Assembly: GCF_963514075.1 (NCBI RefSeq)
Contig: NC_083761.1
Coordinates: 49,861,777 to 49,925,776, forward strand
Source: Conger conger
Taxonomy: Eukaryota
Reading direction: 5' to 3'
Length of the DNA: 64,000 nt
Part shown: one piece after another, positions 46,318-57,640 of the stretch
How the letters are laid out: each line of letters opens with the position of its first letter
How positions within the stretch are numbered: position 1 is the stretch's first letter
Notes under the pieces: generated by a model
Database searches by the model: none
Seen by the model: only the letters and a program-made list of their open reading frames with translations
What the model was told of the DNA's origin: nothing
Made by a program: the position numbers and the translations under genes

Positions 46318-47114
46318 TGTTCTGGAAAGATATGCAAATTAACACATATTTTAAGTAGATAATGCATCATTTGCATATTTAAACATAAAAATTCAGAAAA
46401 CTTTTAATACAAAAAAATAGTCTTTATGTAAGTAACCAACTGAGGAAGTTTCATGGTGATATCTATTAGGTAAAATGTTTTACCCTTTTTAACTTTTCTG
46501 GTGGAGCCAAAAAAAGTCCCATGCTATATTTTGCTCCCCTTCGCGTTATTTGCTCGTAGCTCGGGCTGTGGTTGGGCTGTGGTTGATAGAGACATGTGAG
46601 ACATTCTTTATGCGCCTGAGTCTCCTGAACACGTAGAGACCAACCCCGAGTCGATCAGAGCTTCCTACGCTGAGCTATGGTAACTTTCCCGCACCTACCG
46701 CACAATACCTCCGGAAAACCGCAAAAATGAGGCATTCACCGGTAGGGGGTAGGTGCGGAAAAGTGACCATAGCTCGGCCTAGGAAGGTCTGATCGACTCT
46801 ACATGTTCAGGAGACTCAGGCGCATAACAATAACCACAATAACATGTCTCTAGCACCCCCACAGCCCGAGCTACGAGCAAATAACGCGAAGGGGAGCAAA
46901 ATATGGCAGGGGACTTTTTTTGGCAAAACTCCGGTTTTGAACAAAAGCAGTCCATACGTTTAGGAGGTGATAACCACTAATAAGCTGCCAAACCAAAAGG
47001 TCTATCATATCAAAACATAATCTAGGGATGTATAGGACTAAAAAAATCACATCTAGAATTTGCCCACCCAGATGGTACCAAATCGTCCAATTTTGGGGTT
47101 TGGCCCAAGGACTA
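46318..47114. repeat. Right inverted arm of the composite element (arm B), also containing the ~350-bp hairpin palindrome (about 46540-46900). A 37-bp direct repeat of its terminal segment lies at 46250-46286.
   Basis: It is the reverse complement of arm A. 'ggtctatcacatcaaaagataatctagggatgtata' (46250) is a direct repeat of 'ggtctatcatatcaaaacataatctagggatgtata' (46996). Confidence 0.8.
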
Positions 47115-47116
47115 TG

Positions 47117-47192
47117 TGTTATGTCTACCCCCTTTTTTGTGTGTGTTATGTCTACCCCCTTTTTTGTGTGTGTTATGTCTACCCCCGATAAG
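47117..47192. repeat. 29-bp tandem repeat 'gtgttatgtctacccccttttttgtgtgt', ~2.6 copies, immediately abutting the outer end of arm B.
   Basis: Seen directly. ORF 47028-47258 translates it as repeated 'CVMSTPFFV'. Confidence 0.85.
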
Positions 47193-49213
47193 GGAAGTGG
47201 CTACGGCGGTGACGCGTTTCTGGTCTGGTGTATTGCCGCCTGGAGTATTTGGAATTGATGGCTAGATCTGATGGCGACCGCTATTAATCCAATCGATATA
47301 ATCCAAACTATAATGTTACCGTTAATCACATCTCCCTAATTTATTTGCCGTCTGGTTATCGATCATTTTGCTAATGTAGCAATGAGCTGAACTTATCTTG
47401 TGTAAATGCTGGCGATTGTAACGTTAGGCCTACTTTATTCTCGAGACTGCTATAAGGTTACTTCAGCAAAAAGAAACTATCGATAATGTTATGCGTCAAC
47501 ATCGGTTATCTATAACGTTAGTGTCCTAAATTGTAGGCTACCGGTATATGACGGTATTACTATTACGTAGTGACGTTCTGCAATTAAACGAATCAAGCCT
47601 ACATATCACGTTAAACTCACCTCCCCAATTTACCTGATGACTGCCTATCGATATTGCAATCTGCTAAGATATGAGCTGTTCTTTTCATTATTTGTCCATC
47701 TTGTCTAGCTAGCTGATGAGTTTACTTTATTCTCTTTATACGGCTCAATATTGAAAACACTGTTATTGCTTTAATCGATTGCCATTGTCATGGTCGTACG
47801 ATAACTAGGTACCGCTGGGAGTGAGCGGCCCGGGCTGTCAATCAAAAGTGAATGCATAAATAAATGAGAACACTGTTTTGAGTCGGCTATATGAAGAAAT
47901 TCAGGTTCTACACCAAAGCAGGTGTCTATTTCTAATTCAAAGTCTAATAAGTAGAAAAACAATATAGTCATTTCTAAATTACTAACTAAATGTAACTAAT
48001 GGAAAAATTAAAATGTAAGAAAAGGGAGGCTGCACAGGGACTTTAAGCACAACTGTGCAAAACCCCAGATTTAAGGCGGATATCCTGTACTCAGGCAATA
48101 CTCAGTACTCAGGCAATATAAATCTTTTTCCCCCCAGAACGACAAGATGTTTTAAGGCCATCTTTAGTGAATAAAAGTTCAATGCAAAACGAAGCGAATC
48201 CTGGAGATAGAGCGCGAAATACAGGCACATTTTTAAATGCCCTTGGCGACGCGGAAAATCTCCCCGCGCATGGGAAGCCATAATAAATTATAGAATTTAA
48301 TGTGTCATTGTACTGGCATTACACCAATTAGAAAGCAAGTCTTGTTACGAATTTAATTTGTGCAAAAACCTGCCAGTTCCCATCTCATTTGGCCGCTCAG
48401 CCTGTGTTTGATTTGCGAGTAAAATACAGGTTACGTTATGTGAGTTCGAAATAGCCAATTACTTCGTAACGAGCCCCAGAATAATAAATTTAATTAATCA
48501 GATAATTTGACATTGCTCACATTATACAAATGTTGAGGTGGCATCAGTTGATATTTGGCCATCTTTAGTGAAAAGCTGCAGTATATTAGTGAAGCACCCT
48601 TTATGCTGAGGAAAGTAAGCTTTCTCCATGTCACACGCCGTGACACACCCCTGGGCGGGACAGAAGCGATTAACACAGGGAGGTAGAATCAGTATTCACC
48701 AGCGTTGTATTACTCCACAGTCTTGGTCACACGGGGAAAGGAGAGCAAGAGAGAACTCATATAAACAAAAACAACTAAAGTATAAGATGGTAGCTTCTCA
48801 GCGTCCTTTGGGTACGCACCTCTCGCTTCCACGACTCTGTCCCCGGTCTCACGCGCCTACTGCGGGAAAGAGCACACATTTAACAACCTGGACTAATTAG
48901 GCCTACTCATGTAGACCAGGTATGCGTCTACTTAATCAGTAGGCGGGGTCCTCGGATTGCCCTGCCTCCTTCCCACAAACCGAGCCCCACCTGCCACAGT
49001 CCAGTTTTGCTAGATCTCCTGAACGGTCAATGTAATTGAAATTGAACAATGTCCTTTAGAAATGCAATGAAAAACAGCAATCATTGAATGAACCAGAGAA
49101 AATATGAGTCAGGTAATTTATTGAAATGTATTCAAGGAAATGTACGTGGAGAATATCCATGTCAATGGGAATGGTTCATCAAAGGTTAAATGGTTAAATC
49201 AATTTGTAGAAAT

Positions 49214-49495
49214 CTCTGTGTGGAGTTTGCATGTTCTCCCCGTGTCTGCGTGGGTTTCCTCCGGGTACTCCGGTTTCCTCCCACAGTCCAAAGACATGCA
49301 GGTTAGGCTGATTGGAGAGTCTAAATTGCCCGTGGGTATGAGTGTGTGAGTCAATGGTGTGTGTGCCCTGCAATGGACTGGTGACCTGTCCAGGGTGTAT
49401 TCCTGCCTTGCACAATGCATGCTGCCTTTCATCCCCCTGCGACCCTGTTCAGGATAAGCGGGTTAAGATGATGGATGGATGGATGGATTTGAAGA
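49214..49495 (+). mobile_element. 5'-truncated copy of the same SINE family as 45748-46120 (lacks the tRNA head), ending in (GGAT)n.
   Basis: 'ctgtgtggagtttgcatgttctccccgtgtctgcgtgggtttcctccgggtactccggtttcctcccacagtccaaagacatgcaggttaggctgattgg...ggataagcgggttaagatgatggatggatggatgg'. Confidence 0.75.
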
Positions 49496-49714
49496 AATCG
49501 AGTGGTGTCTTAAAATGAATTACATTCTGCAATGTGATGAGAAGAAAAGGCTACAACGGGAGATAGAATTCAGAAAAGGCCTTGGGAATTCAGGAAAAGC
49601 TTTGGAATTTTCTGCCAATTAATTATTCAGATCATTTATTGCCATTCTTGTTAAGCAATCCCATGTTGGCCATCTCTTTGTTTTTATAATTTCATAATCA
49701 TTATAGGCTACATG

Positions 49715-50110
49715 CACTTATAGTGAGCACTTATTAGGTATTTATTAGACTTATGTTTTAGACTTCTGCTGCTGTAGCCTATCCACTTAGTTATGATGCA
49801 TTGTGTGTTCAGAGGTGCTCTTCGGCATACCACTGTTGTAATGTGTGGTTATTTCTGTCACCAGTCTGGCCATTCTCCTCTGACGTCTCTCACTAACAAG
49901 GCTTTTCTGTCTGCAGAACTGCTGCTCACAGGATTTATTTTTGCTTTTTGCACCATTCTTTGCAAACACTAGAGACTTGTGTGTGAAAATCCCAGGATAT
50001 CAGCAGTTTCTGAGATACTCAAACCACCCTGTCTGCCACCAACAATCATTCCATGGTCAAAGTCACTTAGATCACATTGTTTCCCCCATTCTGATGGTTG
50101 ATATGAACAT
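49715..50110 (-). mobile_element. Tc1-like family fragment (terminal regions, internally deleted) in minus orientation.
   Basis: 'cacttatagtgagcacttattaggtatttattagactt' is the 3'-end segment reversed. 'ccaccctgtctgccaccaacaatcattccatggtcaaagtcacttagatc' matches the copies at 6450 and 60730. Confidence 0.6.
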
Positions 50111-53100
50111 TAACTGAAGCTCCTGACCTACGGTATTTTACGTAACTGAAGCTCTACGAATGTAAGCACAGAAACATTTCTGGAGGCCAATAGTTTTTAA
50201 TGTCTTTATTATTTTCCTTGTTAACCTCTGTAACATCAACAGTACCATCAAATCTAGGAAAACCTTCAGGCTTGTGAAGAAATTGCAAGCCATATGAAGC
50301 AATTGAGATGTATGGTGGCACAGTTACAACAAAAGCCCCTGCATTGAGTTTGGCCTAGATGTGAAATTTTGTAATTATGTCCTACTCATGAGTCATGACC
50401 AGGGTCACCATGCAAATAGATGTATAATTAGAAAATGGTGTTATTTTGGTTGACTAGACTGAACCATTAATAAAGTGCAATATTTTTCACGTGGGAAAAT
50501 CACACCATGGTCTCTACTGAAAGTTGGTATTTTTGGAAGCACACAGCTCACGGCGTGTGCCACAGATGGCAAATGGGCTGAATTTAGCTAAATATTTTCG
50601 TTCGTAGACGTTCTTTTGGGAGGTGCAGAGTTGGTGCACTACTTTTAAAACATTTGATGATTATAACGCTTGAATAAATCATACCAATAAATAGAACACT
50701 GAACTGAATGATTTCCTTTAGAGGGGAAAAAAAGGAAGTTGATGTTCGCACATGTTGCAGGCAGCTTTCTCCTTATTATTTGCATGACCCACACTTTGAC
50801 CTTTATGTTTAGGCTACCTAATGTCATAATGCCCTCCAGACAAAAAACAAAAACAATATGGCTTGGCAATATAAACTTGTTGTTTCTCTCTTCAGATGAT
50901 GTTAAGTTAGCTTGGGAGGAGATGGCCTAGCTAATGCACTTAAAGCATATAGCTTGCACATACAGTAGCTACAAATTGGAAACACTTTGCAGTTTAGTTC
51001 TCTTAACAGTAAGATACATAAAACTGCCATTGGTATGAACCAATAGCCTACATAATGGTAGGCATAATGATTATTGCTTTTTTAACACAAACAGCAATTA
51101 TGTTTATTTGTTTTCTCTTGATAGTACATTTATTACATATTACATTTATTGTTGCAAAATATTGCATTGTCAAACTATATATAAATGTAGTCCATTGATA
51201 ATTTGTGCCAGTACTGTACCTATTATTTTAACTACAGTCACGCAATTAAAGTGAAAATATTGTTCAAGTTGCATTCATCATTCTTCTCATTACAGATGGG
51301 TGTAAAAAAAACTATGAACTACAGTACCCCAAGGATCATAGTTTAGTCACAGCCACAAACAATTAAAAACAGAAATAAATACAAGAATGAAAATTAAACC
51401 AGTGAAGAATAAATGCAATGTGTGCATTTGTTCCGCTTGTGGGATTTGTATCAAAGACAAGGTGAACAGCATACCATCTACAAAAATTGGCTTTTGAGTA
51501 GGCTGGTCATGCACACACCACATGGAAAAGCCCCAAAATGAGCAATATGCCATAGACTGGGCTTCGACTTGTGCAAGTGGCTGACTTGTCTGACTGGAAA
51601 ATTGCAATAAGCTTCACGAAAATCGCAATGAGCTGCTTGTTATGGACTGACACGACCCTAGCTGCAGCGATCCCCCAGGCAAGTTCCAAAATTACCAGAG
51701 GGGTCAGGATTGTTTAAATCAATGAAGAAAATACGAAGTTGCTAGTAACACACCAGGTACTGGCCATAAAATGGAGCCATATATCTCAGTAATGTTGTAA
51801 TTTGTTTTCTAGAGTATTTTATGCATCTTTGTCAAGGGTGCCAAATAATTTTGGACCTTACAGTATTAACTCACAATTTCTTTAATGGTCTGTCATGGTC
51901 TATCAGATAGTTGAAATGAAACTTGTCATCAGTTTCACTGAGTTTAATTTGGACCACCTGTGTAACACAGCCCATACAAAAATCGAGATCACAGCCAAAG
52001 GGAGGACATCAGAGTATATTTTTGCCAAGAGAATTAGTGTTACAGTACAGCCTTTAGGTAGCAATCAAGGAACAGAAGCAGACACAGTATATTCAATAAA
52101 TATGTATAAATATGTACATTCAAAACCTTCCAAAATAAATAAATTAAATACATAAATAGATTATGGAAGATACAGTCTATGCGTTTCAATACTTTTCATG
52201 ACAAGCACCAATATCATGGTAACTTGGCAAAATGAGGGGATTTTACAGGTAGATAAATTCCTCAGATGGCAACAGCAGATAGAGAAATACAGGAGCAGTC
52301 TCAATGTCATCGTGCAAATTGCAGAGTGCAAAGCAGTAACGGGCAGTATTGTACAGTCGGTTATTATTCAGTTAGCTTTAAGATGGAGGTTTCCCTTGTT
52401 TCTGAGAGCGCTACAGTGTATTCTTAATGAAATAAACAAAAGTTAATTGGTTAAAATAGTATGCACCTGACAGGAAATGATGCATTATGTTTTGTGGGTC
52501 AGATCAATCAATCGCTTTGGCTCCATCATTAAGATATTCAAATATCCACATTGGGCAGTTTGCACAGAACAATTTTAGTATTCATACCAAACTAATGAAA
52601 TGTAACATTAAAAAATGTAAGAAAACACATTTTTGTCATATTCTGAACAGTTCTATGAGTTATATGCTTGAAGTGTTGCATGAACGATAAGAGTAACAAA
52701 GTAATTACTCCATTAGTTGGTTAAGTGGAATCCAACACGGTTTTATAGCTCTTCGAACACTGTATGACCTTGGGAAAGGTAATAATTTTTGTTTTAATTA
52801 TGAATGCTCAGTTAAATCACATGGTTTCGATGTACCTAGCTGGAACAATGCTTCTGGACACTAGTCATCAAGTACAGTTTCAGATTTTTTCCCCCCAGCA
52901 TACCGTGAAGTCCAATAGACATAGACAGTGAACTTTATTTACGGCAATTCATTTTCTCTCATTTGCTACATAACACTGCATTATTTTACAATGACATCCA
53001 CTGTATCAGAAGTTTAGGTGTAGTCTTTCCCCCGGGTTAGGTATAGCTTTCCTGAGGAAGCCAATTATAACACCATACTTTAGTACAGTTTTGCAGCGGA

Positions 53101-53970
53101 AAACCTGTAAATAATCGGTTGCCTCTAAGATAGAATTCAGTTGAAATTGTGCCTTATTCCTCCTTCCAAGTGGGTTCCCTTCCCTCTGTGTCCCGACCTT
53201 GTGTTAAAATAATGGAGAGCATGGCGCATGGATAAGCCTTGAGTACTAAAATGACTACCCGTACTAAAATCCTTTGAATCCATAAAAAACAAATAAATAA
53301 TGTGTATAAATTAAACCTCACATAAAGTCTTTACATTAATAAAAACAAATAAAAACAATGGACACAAACAATAACTATACAATAACAAATGCCATGTACA
53401 CTTGTCACATGCCCAGAAAAATACATTTCAGCCTAATTGTCCAAATAAAACAATGCAACAGCCAGAGTGAAACAGAGAACGAAAGGGTTAGGAAAATATA
53501 AGGAGGGATAAGGCAGCATAATATGGAATCATTTGAGATTATATTTTTCCTGCAGAGAACAATAATCTTGACGGCAACTGACATGAATTACGGTGATTAC
53601 ATAAGAAATAAACACTAAAATGATGAAATACTGTTTGTTTTCTTCTTTGTTAATTAAGCTGAATTGGTCATCTACAATAATTTACCATCATATACAATAT
53701 AATACATTCCTAAATCCTGAACCCCCCCCCCCTTACATCTCTAACAGGATTTTATCTTTTAAAAGAATACAATCTGTTGGCTATTCTAGTGTTCCTTAGA
53801 CCATCTATCATACTCATCAACGCACTTGCCTTTCAATCATTTTCCAATGTCAGCATTCTAGTACTGTATCACCCCATCAGTCCATATGGAACCTCCCAGT
53901 TTGAAGGCTCAGCATAGTATTCCACAATTAGGCCATTTTGTTCTTCTTACCCATAGCAATTCTTCTCATT

Positions 53971-53976
53971 TATTTT
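53971..53976 (-). terminator. tlcd3b: Candidate tlcd3b polyadenylation signal (AATAAA on the minus strand), ~255 nt past the stop.
   Basis: Forward-strand 'tttatt' at 'catttattttcag'. Confidence 0.35.
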
Positions 53977-54230
53977 CAGTTGCATGATGAGCATCACGTG
54001 TGTGCCCCCTCTGAATCTAGTCTAATAGTGATTGCTAAGAAGAAAGAAGAGTGAGAGAAAACATAATTTTCTGCTTCTACATACCTTCCATTTCTTCTCC
54101 TCACTCCTATTAGCGTCGTAACAGCTTCCCCTCCTCTGGATACAAGCACCAGTTACAAAACCCAAAATACAGTACAACGCCACCTCCCCTCCTGTCTCTC
54201 TCCCACTTCACACCCCCGCCTGCCCTCTCC

Positions 54231-54486
54231 TCAGTGCGTGTCCGTCTCCTGCTCCGTCTCCCGGGGGCTGTACCCGTTGGCTGGAGGGGGCAGAACGTTA
54301 CCCTCCGAGTCAGCCTTAGGCGGAGGAGGGAGGCGGCGGGACCGCATAGAGCCGGTGAAGAGGCGGAAGGCCCCCCGGCAGATCAAGGAGAACCAGTAGA
54401 CCTGAGGGGCCATGAGCAGGCCTGCTCCCAGGTTACACTGCCAGGGCACTGAGAAGGGGACCATGTAAAATGGGATTGAGGCATAC
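54231..54486 (-). CDS. tlcd3b: tlcd3b (TLC domain-containing 3B / fam57b) terminal coding exon. Stop at 54233-54231.
   Basis: Translation '(R)YASIPFYMVPFSVPWQCNLGAGLLMAPQVYWFSLICRGAFRLFTGSMRSRRLPPPPK...*' matches the human TLCD3B C-terminus 'HAGLPLLAVPLAIPAHVNLGAALLLAPQLYWFFLICRGACRLFWPRSRPPP'. Acceptor is tctgttccag|GTATGC. Confidence 0.85.
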
Positions 54487-56669
54487 CTGGAACAGAGCAA
54501 ACAGAGGCAGGTTTTATGGGGTACAAACCTGCAGTTAAAGTTGACACTCCAGAGTGCTAAATATTACATCGCATTTATTGAGTGGATCATTTATCCAAAG
54601 CGACATGAGTGCATAACAAAGGCCATAGTAAGAACTACGGAACACAGGTTGGACAAGGTACAATTTGCATAAAGGAACATATGTCTACAGCCCTGAACAT
54701 CTTGTTCACATGATAAATGGCCAAGTCAGTAGGTATGGCATGTCAGACTAGAAGCAAGGCATAATGCAATAGATATGGTAGATAATACAGTAACAAGATG
54801 GATACAGAAATACATGCAGGACTCTACCGTCAGTTAGTATTGATGCTGGGACATATGGACTCATAGTTTAGTGCTTTCACAAATGCATATTCATTAACCA
54901 TTTGTAGACAATGTTCTAAGAATTGCACTGCATTAACTTGGATATGGAAAATTATCTTTTGTAAACCTGTAATCTGTAAACCTGTCAGATAAGTGCTTTT
55001 GATTAGGTTGAGAAAAACACATAAAAAGGTTGAGAAATACATACAACTTAAATGCCACTCAATTTTGTGATTGCGGCACCTTAAAAAAATCTCTAATCAT
55101 AGCACTAACAAAGAAATGCCTTTTATTTTCTCATTTATGCAAATTTACATTCACAACAAGCAAAAAATGTACATTACATTGGAACTGATAATAAAAAATA
55201 CTGACTTAAACAATCAGCTCCATATAGTACCCCGTTTCAGGGTATAATGTGGCATTCTTTACTTGTAGAACTAATTATAATTCTGTTCTGTAGCACCATT
55301 TACAGTCATATCCATGCAACAGCTCAGTAGGTATTTTCCTGTGAGACTCAAAAATATAATTCTGAAAATGTGTTATGGGGCTGTTCATCTAAACGGGTGA
55401 TGTTGCTGAGTGACATTTAAAACCAGTGCGGAATTCCACCAGAAACATTATAGTCTCAACTGACTAGTTGTGATTACACTTTAACAAGTAACACTTTGAC
55501 AGTTTGAAGTCAGAATGTGGCATTGTTAAAACAGTACATCATTTGAATTTTCTGAGAGCATATATTAACCTATTTTCAAAAACATTATTAAGCTCAAAAA
55601 AGAGGAAAGTTAAACGGCTTCTGGAGTTTATACTAGCCAAGTTAACATTGGTAGCTAGCTACAATAATTTAGGGTAAACTTTACAAAGTACAGCCAACTT
55701 CGCAAGCTAACAATACTTAGTTCATATTTCTTATAGCTTTGAATCTTTGAAGTTCCTTCACATACCATTTTAAGTAAAAGTACCTCAATTAGAAAATTCA
55801 CAATTTTAGCCAGCCAGCTAATGACCATTACCATGTATATTTTAAGTGCTGGTTCTAATGAACACAGACAAATGTAAGTAATGTGTTCAACTATAAGTCC
55901 ATAAAATTATAAGGATTAATTTAATCACATAGCGATATTATCTAAGCACTGTACAAGATGATACTAGAAAAATTGTTGTTGTTTTTTTTGCCGGTGTTGC
56001 AATGTTTGGTCCCCTAAATATACCGAAATATTTTTTTCTACATTTTTCTTTTATAAATTTGCAGGCCAACATAGGGCAGTGCATGTTCAATTACCACTCT
56101 AATTAGAAATGGCCAGTTGTTTGCAGAATTCATACAAAAACCACAGTTCTCCAAAACACGTGGTGTCACCAATCTGCTTCTTTACATATTCTTTACAGAC
56201 TACTTGCACAGAGAGTTGGAGGAAGAGCTGTCATCTGTGGCTTCAAAGACAAGCGCAAATTGACTCTCCACCCTTCAAAAATGTCAAACGCTGAAAGATT
56301 TGTTCTACTTAAGGACAAGGATCAAACTGCATTACCGTGACACAGTGTAAACTGCAAGGTATCGCTTTCCCATGAAGAACGACTTTAGTCCACAAATTCT
56401 AGGATGTAGCATTCTTACTGAAATGTGCATATAGAAATACTGCAAGTTATATTGTAGGCAGTCATTATGGTTGCAGTCTTGAAAAACCCACAATTATAGT
56501 CTGTTCCATATCACTAAAACTGCATCGGTCTTGGTCTTGAATCAAATGTGCTTGAGGCATTCAACATTACAGCTCTGCTGTGCAGTTCCAACTCCACCAA
56601 GTACTGTACATCTCAAAACTGTAGTTATGAATAGGTGCCACTTCAGGATGGCAACACAGCCAATTTTCA

Positions 56670-56960
<291 letters not shown>

Positions 56961-57314
56961 TTAATATAGTGTGTGGGAAAGGGTTAATATACTAAGGGGG
57001 GAAAGGACAAGCTACCCTGTAAAATAAAATGTCCAATTCAGCATGGTCTTCTTATCGGAATAGTTTCACAAATTAACAGTCAAGCCACAAACGCAACGAG
57101 GTGTCGACTGATCAGTGGTTGCATCAGGCGCCAAAAGACACAATGTTTGCATGTCATTAAAACCTAAGCAATTTTAATCCAAATTGTCTTTTTTTTTTAA
57201 TATTAATTTACTGGTGGTATACATAAGTTAAAGTTTTTTTTGCCAGATTTGAGACATATTCCCACTGGAATTTCTCTACCAATGACAATTGCATTGTTTA
57301 ATTAAGCAATATCT

Positions 57315-57640
57315 CATGACGGGCAGTGGTACATTGTCCTCCAAAAGTATTGGAATGGCAAGGTCAATTCCTTTGTTTTTGCTATACACAGAAGAGAATT
57401 GAGTTTCACGTCCAAAGATGTACATGACACGACAGATTCAAATTCCATTAGTTTTATTTCCTGGTATTTTTATCGAGATTTGTTAAACAACTGAGAACAT
57501 ATCAACTTTTGTATCAGAGCAAGAGTTCCTTTTTGACCAGATGTGTCCTGTTAGATTGATTGGTTCAACAATAAATTGTTCTGAATGTCTACTCTTCGTT
57601 TTAGCCTTGGGATTTGCCTGTGAAGACTGCATCGGTGTAA
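57315..57640 (+). mobile_element. Tc1-like transposon 5'-end fragment, of the same family as 9916-11220.
   Basis: 'cattgtcctccaaaagtattggaatggcaaggtcaattcc' is the TIR. '...ccagatgtgtcctgttagattgattggttcaacaataaattgttctgaatgtctactcttcgttttagccttgggatttgcctgtgaagactgcatcggtg' parallels 9950-10065. Confidence 0.7.

Larger units (their letters stand above)
40627..47114. mobile_element. Candidate composite DNA transposon (6.5 kb). It has ~800-bp hairpin-containing terminal inverted arms, termini 'TAGTCC...GGACTA', and a possible 3-bp TGT (or 2-bp TA) target duplication. It carries a 177-aa ORF of unknown function and an intact 361-aa XPG/FEN-like nuclease ORF. It also contains a nested tRNA-derived SINE.
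   Basis: The inverted arms and their boundaries were determined by direct comparison: similarity stops at 'tgt|tagtcc' (40624-40632) and 'ggacta|tgt' (47109-47117). The internal ORFs are described separately. Confidence 0.5.
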
